Assembly: GCA_048128005.1 (NCBI GenBank)
Contig: JBEUKZ010000045.1
Span: forward strand, 124,001 to 164,121
Length of the DNA stretch: 40,121 nucleotides
Direction: 5' to 3'
Source of the DNA: Veleropilina oligotropha
Lineage: Eukaryota
Shown here: in pieces, positions 24,830 to 37,245 of the stretch
Layout of the letters: every line of letters begins with the position of its first letter
How positions within the stretch are numbered: the stretch's first letter is position 1
Translations under genes and position numbers: made by a program
The notes under the pieces: generated by a model
The model's database searches: none
Told to the model about the DNA's origin: nothing
The model's input: only the letters and a program-made list of their open reading frames with translations

Positions 24830-26072
24830 AACAAGGCCATCCGAGATTGTAACCTTCGCCCCTGTGACAATGATCACGATGGCGAAGGTTTACCCACTTT
24901 CACGAAAAAAGAGAAAATCGAACATTACGTCATAAATTCGGATCTCGATCCGGATTGGGATAAACTTTGGTATTTCACGGCGACAGCTCACGGTGACAGG
25001 GCTCACGGTGACAGCTCACGGTGACAGGGCTCACGGTGACAGGGCTCACGGTGACAGGGCTCACGGTGACAGGGCTCACGGTGACAGCTCACGGTGACAG
25101 GGCTCACGGTGACAGGGTTCACGGTGACAGGGCTCACGGTGACAGGGCTCACGGTGACAGGGCTCACGGTGACAGGGCTCACGGTGACAGCTCACGGTGA
25201 CAGGGCTCACGGTGACAGGGCTCACGGTGACAGGGCTCACGGTGACAGCTCACGGTGACAGGGCTCACGGTGACAGGGCTCACGGTGACAGGGCTCACGG
25301 TGACAGGGCTCACGGTGACAGGGCTCACGGTGACAGGGCTCACGGTGACAGGGCTCACGGTGACAGGGCTCACGGTGACAGAGCTCACGGTGACAGAGCT
25401 CACGGTGACAGGGCTCACGGTGACAGGGCTCACGGTGACAGGGCTCACGGTGACAGGGCTCACGGTGACAGGGCTCACGGTGACAGGGCTCACGGTGACA
25501 GAGCTCACGGTGACAGGGCTCACGGTGACAGGGCTCACGGTGACAGGGCTCACGGTGACAGAGCTCACGGTGACAGGGCTCACGGTGACAGGGCTCACGG
25601 TGACAGGGCTCACGGTGACAGGGCTCACGGTGACAGAGCTCACGGTGACAGGGCTCACGGTGACAGCTCACGGTGGCAGGGCTCACGGTGACAGAGCTCA
25701 CGGTGACAGGGCTCACGGTGACAGCTCACGGTGGCAGGGCTCACGGTGACAGAGCTCACGGTGACAGGGCTCACGGTGACAGAGCTCACGGTGGCAGGGC
25801 TCACGGTGACAGCTCACGGTGGCAGGGCTCACGGTGACAGCTCACGGTGACAGGGCTCACGGTGACAGCTCACGGTGACAGGGCTCACGGCGATGAAAGC
25901 CATATATCTCTACGACTAATAGTTCACACAATTTAAAAGAAAAGGCGAAAACCGGAAATGACGCCATATTAACGGATCCCAAACCAGATTGAGATAAGTT
26001 TTGTGTTTTTCAGGTTTACTGATGCACGGACAAGTAGATACCGAGACAGACAAGTATCGAGGAAAATAATTA
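24830..26072 (-). mobile_element. HINE-like element hosting a minisatellite
   Basis: aacaaggc..AACCTTCGCC...GGCGAAGGTT hairpin at 24830-24890; internal repeats (cgtcataaattcggatc / cgccatattaacggatc) on either side of the array; gacagac near 26045. Confidence 0.55.
24975..25893. repeat. 15-bp minisatellite (GGGCTCACGGTGACA)n with 13-bp and GAG variants, about 60 copies
   Basis: Directly visible; bounded at both ends by TCACGGCGA. Confidence 0.98.
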
Positions 26073-26402
26073 CATATGTATTTTAATGAATTACTTCATA
26101 AAGATTTGGTAATTGTTACCATTTATAAAGTCAACTCAGTTTTCTTGGCTTCGCTCAATTGTTTACTCTTTAATATTTTATTTATCGTCTAACTGTATCG
26201 TGGCAAGTGTCTTTTACAGTAAAACACTGTTTTCACGGCGTGAAATATCACGATAAGATCACGATATATTATCCTGATCGGATCCCAATACAGTCGGTGA
26301 GAGATCCTGGTCAATCCGCACGGAGAACAGGATCGAAGGTATATCAATGGAAACCGAGACCATATTTTTTCATGTTCAAAATTACATCAAACAAACCCAC
26401 AG

Positions 26403-26709
26403 ATTCTCAAATGAATAATACCTTTCTCCATTGTCCATAGCATACATCACCGACAATCGTTATACGTACATGCACTATACTATATAGATAAACATTTATG
26501 TAATAATGAATTACTAGCATGACCAAATATTCATTGCCCCAGCATCCTCTCACGAGCACGCCACCCCACAGCACTATATGTATGTTACTATAATGATTGT
26601 TTAAAAGTTGCCATGTTGTATACATCTCTGTATGGAAAGGGCCAATGTAAGTTGTAATAACTTTTGCCCGATCCAAAAATTGTATTATTGCAATAAAATA
26701 CGTTCAATA
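26403..26709 (+). repeat. Dispersed ~300-bp repeat, copy 2 (inverted relative to 1307-1609)
   Basis: Near-identical reverse complement; explains the twin ORFs 1340-1552 and 26407-26676. Confidence 0.85.
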
Positions 26710-26899
26710 TACCGAGACCAAGTTATAATTGATGGCGATTGTATTTCTGTATTTTCTGACGTTCAAGGATTATGTCCCTTTCAATGGAATCACGATTGTC
26801 AGAACCGGACCTTGACCCAATTCTCGTAAATGGGTCATGGCGACATCGTCAACAATCTCTGAAAGTTTCATGCATGCCCGTAAACAATTTGTAAGTCAT

Positions 26900-27050
26900 C
26901 GTCTAATCGCCTCTTGGGCAATTTTCCAGCGTTAACGCAGTCGAGACACTCTCACTCTGATCTGGCCGACATACATTAGGGATATGCGTTCTATTAGTTT
27001 TAAAGCGTTAGAATAAGCACGCCGGATTGGGGTTTGAACCCACATCCGAC
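26900..27050 (-). mobile_element. Partial SINE of the 28393-28625 family
   Basis: tctcactctgatctggccgacatacattagggatatgc is shared with 11341-11380. Confidence 0.7.
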
Positions 27051-27662
27051 CTTTTGAACACATCAAATATAATTGTGTGGTCATTGGTTCATGCTGATTT
27101 GCATCATTTAAGCCCGGAAAGTTTAATTTAAATCAATGCTTTCATTAAATCAAAGTGTGAATCGGTGTTTAATTGAGTCGTACAAGGTTCTGATTTGAGC
27201 CCATTCTGTCATTAAATCTCTTGTAAAAAATTTCATGGCGATACAATATTGTACATAATTATCGAAATTGAAGTAAAACTAAAGAAACTTAACATACTAT
27301 TCAACACCAGTAAATGTAAGATAATGTATGTGGATTATAAAATGGGTTCAGATACTTTAGATGTAGTGAAAATTTAAAAAAAATCTATTAATGTGAAATC
27401 GACATGTGTAAACAAATTTAAAAATCGCATTAAAAAAGCTGAACAGGCTATAAATGACCAAACAACTACAATAGGTTTAATATAAGTGAAAGAAATACGC
27501 TTTATAAATTATATTTTAAGTAAATTAACAGACAAACAAACAAACAAACAGGTGTGGTAATATGTACACTCAATTTAACTTTATCCCGAAGTTCGTGTTT
27601 AAGTAAAATTTTACCACGGCAATTATGGCCTGTAAATCTTTAATTACGTGATAATTGCTTAA

Positions 27663-27950
27663 TCTTAATATAATGGAGCTATAATTGTATGCGGGTCTGT
27701 CTGTCTGTTTCAAGTTGAACTCCTCCCAGTCGCTTTGACCTAGGACCTTCAAACTTTGGGGGGTTAATCGGGGTCCCCCAAGGAAGGTTTACCACGAAAA
27801 AAATTCGGAAAATTCGCCAAAAAAAAAAAAATTTACTATCATTTTTAATATAATCGAGAAAAAAAAAAAAAAAAAAAAGGGTGCACTATCCAAAAAAAAA
27901 AAAATTTGGCCTGGGGGGACTTACCCGGCGAAGACGGGTACCAATGCTAG
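27663..27950 (+). mobile_element. Small non-autonomous Helitron
   Basis: A|TC start, (CTGT)n, subterminal hairpin TACCCGGCGAAGACGGGTA, CTAG|T end, no TSD. Confidence 0.75.
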
Positions 27951-28392
27951 TACGTTTAATAATCAGATAAGTGGTGGACCATTAAACCATTAAACGTCCA
28001 TGTGCGTCTACGGATTGCGTGTTTATGCATATATCATGCCCATTAGATTACTTACACATCACGTACGACTTATTGGACAGAATGATAATCTATGTTCCTC
28101 GTTATATATGCATTTGTACTCATAGTTTATAACCTGTCCGTCATAGATGTATAATTATAGTTGAAAATATGTATTTGTTTATAGCTAAATAAAACTGAAT
28201 TGAATTGAATTGAATATTACCGTTTTTAGCTGTATTGTTGTCAACAAAACTGACAGTGATTGCAACACCAACACTTACAATGACAGCACAAATATACGCT
28301 AACGGAACATACTCAACACAATAAGCGTTATTCGGGTAACCGTTACGGGTATTTATAAGAGATAATACACTGACACCCTCGTAGATATCAAC

Positions 28393-28625
28393 TGTCCTCG
28401 TTAGCTCCACTGATTAGAGCGTCGGAAAACGTTATGTGGGACGGTAGGATGTGGGTTGAAACCCGCTCCGACCTGGCTTATTTTAAGGCTTAAAACTAAT
28501 ACATGGCATATCCCTAATGTACGTCGGTCAGATCGGAGTGAGACTTTATACCGGGTGTGCCGACCGCGATAAGGCTGAAAAATTGCCAAAGAGGTCGTAA
28601 AACAAAGTTGTCAACTCAATTGTCA
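28393..28625 (+). mobile_element. tRNA-derived SINE (Deu/Nin-domain-like)
   Basis: A box TAGCTCCACTGATTAGAGCG, B box GGGTTGAAACCC; TCGGAGTGAGACTTTATACCGGGTG resembles the Deu/Nin TCGGATGAGACGTTAAACCGAGG motif. Confidence 0.75.
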
Positions 28626-29117
28626 ACTCTCGTAAATATCTGGCATAACGACCCGAGCGGAAGAAACCGAAATAATGAAGATATCGCGCAGGGGAGTCAG
28701 GGTATGATCTGTCATACATACCACAGCAATATATTGTCAATTGCAACATGTGACCTCTTAAAAGCACAATAAATAGCAGATATCACACATGGGCGCTTTA
28801 TTGGAAGTGGACTCCTCTATCATCATGAGTTTGGCACCTTGTTAATTGCTTTGTCATTTAGTTTGACACTTTGTGAATTCCACCTCACTCTGGTAAATTC
28901 CATTGTTTTCAGAACAATGGCTCAACCGGCCGTAGAGTTCCATTGCCTGTATATAACCCCAGGGAATGAATGGTGTATCAATTGTCTATTCAATATATCA
29001 TATATAAAATTAATATTTATTACAATGTAACTGTGGAAACCTTTCCGGTTTACGGTTGCCCATTAGCGTTAACTCCTAATGCTACTCATTACCAAAACCT
29101 CTGCTGCCGATGCACCG

Positions 29118-29277
29118 CCATGAACGAAATGTGCACACCACCGGACATGGCCGACGAAATGTGCACACCACCGGACATGACCGACGAAATGCGCACGCCA
29201 CCGAACATGGCCGACGAAATGCGCACACCACCGGACATCCCAGACGAAATGTGCACATCACCGGACATGACCGAAAT
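29118..29277. repeat. 30-bp tandem repeat, about 5 copies
   Basis: cgaaatg(t/c)gcacaccaccggacatg(g/a)ccga units. Confidence 0.92.
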
Positions 29278-29411
29278 TGTCTTTATTTGGTTTTAATTAT
29301 TGTGTTAAGCAAACAATTCTTTGAAGCGATATATGTTAATTAGGAATTATCTTAACAAAAGTAATGTATACTCCTTTGCAATTGTAGATCACGGAACTCA
29401 CTCGGGACATT

Positions 29412-32400
29412 TAGCTTAACGGCCTTATGCATAAATGACCTTATTTAAGGAGTTACCCCTCCCCATGGTAGAACAAAGTAAAACATCTTTTTTTCAAAGA
29501 TTAATATATAAGAAGTCAGAAAAATGTTCTTGTGGTTTCCGGAAATGGTGGTAGGTTTATTTTTTAAGCATGAACATGAAATCGGGCGGTCAGTGTTTTC
29601 GCGCTTGTGCGAAAACGCCTAAATGCGTGTACAACGATAAATATATGAGGCAACTACTAATATTTGGTGTCAACATGTCGATAATGACGTGATATGTTGT
29701 AGATAGACCACAGGTAATTGATGATGATGCTAGTTTTATACATAAAATGACAAAAGGCGTGAAAATAGGCCTAAAACCTATTTTGGTTTCACGACCGATA
29801 ATATTAGAAAGTTTCTCTAACTTCGTATTTAAGCGCGTAATAATATTGTCTTTGACATTAAATAAATGCTATGCAGTCCTACAAAATGACAAAATAAAGT
29901 GGTTGGCCAAATTTTTTTTATTATAGCATAGTGGAAGTAGCCAAAGTTTCCCACCCCCCTTATTTTTACGACAACTGCTTAAAATTGTAAATAGTGAACT
30001 TCGTCATTATTGTTTCGTCATTATTAGTTTATCACACACACATTTATTCTATGTAAACAACAAACTCATGCAACTGATATACTGATACCATCTTTTTTTT
30101 TTGATCATTTCAGTGAATGACGTCATCTTCTTTGAACTATGGATGAGCAGCCACCATCAAAACGCATCAAAGTTGATCCACAACATTGCATTATATGTAC
30201 GGATCCTCTGCAATGCAGCCGCAGAGGTCCTTGGGTGAAGCAGCCTACACGTGAAGGACTGATATCAATTATGATGATAGCACAACAGAGACAGGATGAG
30301 GTATACAGTCGAATCGGATCGATTTCTGACGACATCCTTAGTTTTGAACGAAAGGTGTCCTATCATGCAAGCTGCAGAGCCAACTATACAAGTAAAACCA
30401 ACTTGCGTTACCAGGCAAAAACAGCAGAACTCGCGACTGTCACTTCTTCGTCCTCAGGCTCTCAGCAACGACGACTTAGCAGATATGACACCGCCGGCTT
30501 CAATATCAGAGAACACTGCTTCGTGTGTGGATGTTCTGATAAACGATTGCCCAACAAGAGCAGGGAAAAGCTGACGCCAATCAGCACAGAGACGGGACAG
30601 ACGACTAGATCCAAACTACTCGACGCATCAGCAAAGTGACAGGACGATGTTATGCATTTGCGTATGCTCTATCATCTAGACTTATTTGCATTTGATGCTA
30701 AGTATCACAGGTCCTGTTACGCACATTATATTTCCGAACGAAACATTAAGGCGGTTGCTGGAAAGGTACATGCCCATGAACATGAAGCTTCATATCACGA
30801 CAATGCATTCGACAAGCTTGCTGTGGAAATTGAGAATTCAGTCCTCACGAAATGTCATCCCAACGTCGTAACTCTATCGGATGAACGCACAAAGTTTGTG
30901 GCTTACTTGATTGAAACGGGTATCAAGCAACAAGAAGCAGAGCGATATTCATCATGGAAGCTAAAGCAACGACTGAAAACGAAGTTCAGTGGGAGACTCT
31001 CATTTATTGAACGATCAGGTCAATCAGACTTGTGATGTTCAAGCTTGATCACAGTGGGTGATGCCCTGAAGAAGGCGATGGTGATGGAATCAAAGTTACA
31101 CGAGCGCGACGAGGATGCGGAAACCGACGGGAGAGTACCAGCAATGGATATGGACGAAACTATGATACTACACAGGGCATCTGGTATCTTAAGAAAGAGT
31201 ATGGCTAATATAAAGAATGCAAACTCGTACGCATCTGTTTCAGATATTGAGACCGAATCCATTAGAAAGTACGTTCCGGACAATTTGTACAATTTCATTT
31301 GTTGGACCACCAATAACACCGACTATGACAATGTAACTTCCGAAAGTGAGAAAAAGTCCAAACCAAAGTTAAAAGTACTTTCTATATGTCACAACATCAT
31401 TGCGCATGGCCAAAAGATTCGAACACCGCTAACGTTGGCGACAACAGTTCACATTCACCACAGCGTTGGTAGCAAGCAGCTCATAGACATAATGTACAAC
31501 CTTGGGCATGGGGTATCGTATGATGAGCTCAGAAGATTCCTAACATCCGTGGCAAAGGACCAGATTTCACAAAGTGCCGGCGTGTATATACCATGGGGAA
31601 TACAGAAAGTGACAATTGAAGTATCCAATACAATTGTCGATGCTGCCATAGACAACTTCGATCAAAATGAAGAAACATTGGATGGGAAGGGCACCACGCA
31701 TTCTATGGCTGTAGTGCTGTATCAGAGGTGTGGAGTATCAGATGCAAACAACACTAACATCCCTCGCACAACACAGAAGACACTCGACGTTACAGATTAC
31801 GATGAAAAAGAAATATGTCGATATCCTCAACCAAGTCAGAAGCCAGAGCCAACTGCTGTCACATATGATTCATTCCTGAAAGTGAACACTGCAGTCACAT
31901 CCAAATCTAAGAGCCGGGATCTACTCTGGGAGCTTTTGCGATTTGCTGGCAGAGGCACAAACATCATTCCTGCGTGGAGTGGTTTCAATGCTGTGACAAC
32001 CTTAACGAATGTTCCAGTTGCAACCATCAGATGCCTACCTTTCATACATGCACCGTCCACAGATCTGTCCACCATATACACCACGCTGTTGCAGCTTGTG
32101 GTTGTGGCTCATCAATTAGGACAGTCACATATTATTGTTACTGCAGACCTACCCATTTATTGCAAAGCACAGCAAATATTGTGTAGCAAACCCCAATTGC
32201 TAGTAGGACAAGTAACAATGCATTATTTGATGGCCGTTATTGCAAGCATTGGAAAGCTGTTTGGAGACGGTGGCCTGTTGGACTTGCTGACAATGACGGA
32301 AGTGTATGCTGACGCCACTGCCAGGCAGATGCTACAGGGTAAACAACTGAACCGGGCAGTGAGAGGACTCAAGCTGATGCATGAAGCCTTGACATACCTG

Positions 32401-35400
32401 CTGATTACTTCAGCAAAGTCATGGTGTGAGACAAATAGCATCGAGTGGATGGACAAGGAAACGGCGAAAGGTCTAGCCGATTTGCAGCACACATTCCGAG
32501 CAAAGGACCACCAGTCGAGCATCGACATCATCAAAACCATGGACACCAGCGGCGTGATGAGAGCATTGCAGCAGTTTCAGTCTGTGGGTATATCACAATC
32601 CGCTACCTTTGCATTTTGGATTAACTTTCTCGAAATGGCCCAGATTATGATGAGATTGTTGCGGGCTGAGCGTAATGCCGACTTTGATCTCCACCTTGAG
32701 GCTGTCTGCGAAGCTATACCATACTTCTTCGTTGGTGGAAGAAATAACTATGCGAAATATGCACAAGTGTATATTGCAGACATGAAACAGCTTCAGATTG
32801 ATCAACCAGACTTCTACAAGCATCTGCAAAATGGAGGATTTGTAATACGCAGGACGACTAAGCATTTCAACTGCGTACCAACAGACCAGGCCCTAGAACA
32901 GATAGTAAACCGAGATGCAAAAAGTCACGGTGGTGTCATCGGATTCACTTTACGAAAATGTGCTTTACTGCGGTGGCTGATTACACGCCCAGTCACGGGG
33001 TCATATTCAGAGGCCATGAAGCTCTTGTGCGCACCACAAAGAGCAACAACTCACCAGGACCTGGGTCAGTCAAGACTCACCCGAGATTCTGCAGACGTGG
33101 AGAAGATTGTTGATGCGATTGTCTTGCAGTATCATAATCCTTTTGATCTAGAAACAGTTCCCAGTTCCTTGATCAATATTGTAACAGGACATGTTGCTTC
33201 ACGGGAAGTAGAAGAAAGTCTGACGACATTAGAAGCGACTGGACGATCACAAATGATAAAATTCGCTGAGAAACGGTTGTTGCAGAAGAGCAGATCCACA
33301 AGCTTTTGGGAGCCACAATCAAGAAAAAAATCAAGACTTTTGCAGATATGAGGAAGTCGTTGCCGTCAGTGAAAGACAAGAAGATGATGTGCAGCTCGGA
33401 AGTGTTATTTCGACGACTACTGTCTGTATCAAACGCAAGAGATATCGACATGAAAATTGTACTGCAACACGAACTGGCAGCTGTTCCTCCGGCGCTCTTC
33501 AACGACGATGGGACAATGCGAACAATCAACAAATCTGACCTGGCTTCAAAATTGGAATCTGTCTGTCCAGAAGTACACACTCTTCCAGACACTTTGGACG
33601 AAGATCAAATCACTGCATACATCATTGATGGAATGGCCGTGTTTCAGTCTATGAATGAATGTCTCTTCAATACGTTTGACGACCTCGCTGCATACGTCAT
33701 GAAGAAGGTCTTAACATTACTGAATGACAGCAAGCTTCGTATCGGCACTGTTGTCTTGGTGTATGATCGATACGACAGATACCACTCAATAAAGAAAATG
33801 GAACGTACACGTAAAGGTACTGGCGATAACACCCCTAGTCATATAATTGTCGGCTCTCGTAATGTGCCAAACTATCGCCTGTTCATGCAGGGTGCTGCAA
33901 ACAAAAGTGCACTGGCTGCATTCGTTTGTGAATACATGCTTCAAACGCACCATCACATCTCGGTGAAAATAAATCGATCCTGCTTGCTGGAGGATTCGCT
34001 GATGGCAAAGTAGTCAAATCGCTACGCAGAACTGGTGTTGTGATGGTGCCTCCCCTGTTCTCTTCACACGAAGAGGCCGATACTAGAATGGTGCTCCATG
34101 CAATTGACCTCTCCGCTACTTGCACCAGGATCATTATTCAGTGTGACGACACAGATGTTCTGGTCATTCTCCTCTACTACTACAGTAAAGAACTCCTTTG
34201 TAGAGAAATATTCATGCAAGCGGGTCATATGACCAAGCTACGGAATCGACAAAGATACATACCTGTTCATACCATAGGAAACAACCTAGGAACGAGGGTA
34301 TTCCAGTGCTTACCATCCGCACATGCACTAACTGGGAGTGACACAACTAACGCAATCTATAGAATTGGGAAACGAACAGCATTCAAGGTACTGGTTGACC
34401 ATATATATTTGCTGTTTATGTTGTCCGAGTTTGGTGTCTCATCGCCATTCACCACAAGTCTACGCCACGCCCGAATGTTCGTGCTGTTATTGTATGGGAA
34501 GAAGAGTGCAAACTGCAGCTCGCTTGATGACTTGAGGTATGTGTTGGCCTCCACAACGGATAAAACAGGAGCCATGCTTCCTCCGACAGAGGATGCATTC
34601 AAACACCATGTACTTAGAGCTCAATTCCAGACTTCGATATGGTGCAAAAGCCATGAAGCCAATCCCCCACATTCGACCCAATTGGACGTGGTTGGAAAAA
34701 AGGAGAGAGTGGTGCATTGGAACCTACAATGTGCGAGAAGGAATGTGCACCCTTGCAATTGTGGGATATCACACATCTGTTTTGTAATGATGAAGGCTGC
34801 AATGTTGCAAATAAATGCCCTTGTCTCCTAGCCGGCCTGCAGTGCATCGACATTTGTTCCTGTGCTGACTGCCCAAACAGCACCACACAATTGGATCTCT
34901 CGGATGATGACAGTGACAATGATTGATAATGTAGTAGTTAATCTCATTCACATCAACTGCCGAACTATATAAAGTAACATCAGTTGTGCCAAATTAACCG
35001 ATGAAAATTGTTAGATAACCCAAAAGTAATTTGGTCCGCTGATGTATGGATGACGATTCATTGTGAACGTGATATCATGTAACAAGATTTCTAAAAAAAA
35101 TTGAGTTAGTTTTCTTTCCACTTGGGCATACATTTCTGAGTAGAAATACCTTTGTTGTCAAATACTTGGTTAATGTTTCAAGGGGGTTTCAACAATAACG
35201 ACAAAATCCACTATTTTCAATTTCAAGGGGTTTGTAGTAAAAGAGGGGGAGGGGGTAGCATAGTGACTATTACTATGCTATAATAATTATTTTTAGCCAT
35301 ATGTTTTATTTGTCCTTTTGTGTGATAGCATAGCATTAGTTTAAGGTAAAAAACAATATTTTTACCCACTCATATACGAAGTTATGGACACTTTCATATA

Positions 35401-35783
35401 TTATCGGTCACGAAATTAAAATTGATTTAGGGCGTATTTCAACACTTGTTTTCATTTTGAGAACAAACATAGCATCACTATCAATTATATGTGGAATAAT
35501 TACAACATATATTGTCTTTATCGACATATTGACACCAAATATTATTCGCTTCTTCATATATTTATTGTTGTACACACATTTATGTGTTTTCGGAGATGCC
35601 CTCAAATTCGCGACCGACTGATTTCATGTTTACGCCTAAAAAATATTTCTACCACCATTTCCGGAAACCACAAGAACATTTATCTTACTTCTTATATATT
35701 CATCTTTGAAAAAAAAAAGGTTTTGCTTTGTTCTACCATGGGGAGGGGTATCCCCTCAAATAAGGCCATAATACACAGGCCTA
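29412..35783 (+). mobile_element. Academ (AcademX-type) DNA transposon, full length
   Basis: ~600-bp imperfect TIRs (about 29421-30014 / 35191-35781); TAG...CTA termini flanked by ATT on both sides (29409-29411, 35784-35786); one large internal coding region. Confidence 0.85.
30139..34926 (+). pseudogene. ~1600-aa Academ protein: two Cys/His modules, DDE transposase, XPG/FEN1-like nuclease, Cys8 finger; 2 stops and 3 frameshifts
   Basis: Joining ORFs 30139, 30652, 31045, 33306, 34040 and 34717 gives AIDNFD, TADLPIY, DQALEQ..NR..K..GG, IIDGMA, VYDRY, HEEADTR, DDTDV, HALTGSDTT..IGK and eight C-terminal Cys. Confidence 0.88.
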
Positions 35784-36189
35784 ATTCCAGCTAATATTAC
35801 CGCTTGAAATTACGTAGTGTAATGAACTCTCCTATATGTGCAGGTTACAAATCTTCCATAAATGTTTTTCACCTATAAGTACTAATGTGAAAGTACTAGT
35901 ATATTTTCAAATTAATTAAATAATGAGATGCATTTTACATTATGGTCATATTTTCTTCAAATAACATCTCTTATTCATTTAACGGTGTACATATACAATT
36001 TTGCAAATGTCCTTTCATTTGGTTTTTGCGCCAATCTCACGCATTTACCGTGCTATGTTATCGATTTTATCTCATAATATTTAACATCTTGATGATATAT
36101 ATAGCCAGACTTTCATCGACCATTAACTTATGTAGCTGTAGCATTGAGCATACGTAGCTGTAGCATTGAGCAGACGTACCGGCACATAT

Positions 36190-36412
36190 TAAATAGATAG
36201 ATTAAATAGAATTTGTTTGGGTTTAGAAAGCGCATTACTGCCACTCATATAAAAACCCATTGAGTTGTCTTGTCCTCTATAACCTGCCCTTCTTCTTAAA
36301 ATGCTCATCTAGGCGATTTTTAAATTGGTTTACAGATGTCGATTCCACTACATTATTAGGAAGAGCATTCCATTCATCGACAACCCGATTTGAGAAAAAG
36401 TGTTTTCTAACG
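36190..36412 (-). mobile_element. CR1 LINE 3' end (5'-truncated)
   Basis: VRKHFFSNRVVDEWNALPNNVVESTSVNQFKNRLDEH is the typical CR1 ORF2 C-terminus; short repeat tail (ctatttaat). Confidence 0.9.
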
Positions 36413-36419
36413 TATGGTC

Positions 36420-37245
36420 ATTGTCCTTTGTTATAACGAACGTTCGACATGACTGCGTATTAAAAGGATGTTTGATAATGTGACCTCTCCATGACTTACG
36501 TTAACCTGGACCTAGTTCGCACGGAATCTTATTACTCGCATTTTTTTTATCAGTTTTATATTTTAATTTGGCTGAAAAAAATAACAGAATAGGCGAACTT
36601 GGAAGTCGCGACTATAGTTTGTCTGAATTCCAGTAAATATCAACTATCAAAAGAAGGAAGCAATAATACTAATAATTGCAGTCTTTTACAAAATTAATTT
36701 CAATAAACGACGGCATGACTTGAATTTAAAAAAGACAGAAAGGGGAGAGCTGTAATAAATGGGATTAAGTCAATGGGGTAGACGGTATTCCATTACTAGT
36801 GAATCATATTGCAGACGATAAAAAATTGTACAGAATTGTTGAAATCCAGAAGATTAATGCAATCCTTCAACCAGAGGCATAAAACAGATTAGTCCACTTT
36901 AACCTCGGGTTAGTTTGGGCAGGGATATATCTTGAGCTTTTACACTTTGTGTGATATTTCATCTGCATTGTGCAGTTCATTCAAAACAGGAATCCTAGGA
37001 TATATATATATATATATGAACTATTTTACTCTAAAATGACAAAGTATGAGCGAGATGTGACTAGCGTAAGACATACAATTCAGCGATAGATACACAGGGT
37101 AATTACATGACTATAATATTGATCAGACATAATTTCATTGTAAAGTTATTGTCCTTTGGTAAAGGCTAAGGAACGTTCGACATGACTGCGTAATAAAAGG
37201 ATACTCTTTTAATTTTGAACTCTCCGTGACCTTTGTTAACCTGGA
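36420..37245. repeat. Pair of diverged ~95-bp direct repeats (36420-36510 and 37148-37245)
   Basis: ttgtcctttg..gaacgttcgacatgactgcgta.taaaaggat..ctctcc.tgac..gttaacctgga occurs in both. Confidence 0.75.

Noticed and set aside
25179..25749. Repetitive ORFs (VTVSP, HGDRA, CHREP, TGLTV)
   Set aside because: Translations of the 15-bp minisatellite; the 13-bp variants shift frame freely.
31020..34951. Minus-strand ORFs within the Academ element
   Set aside because: Antisense shadows of the plus-strand coding region.
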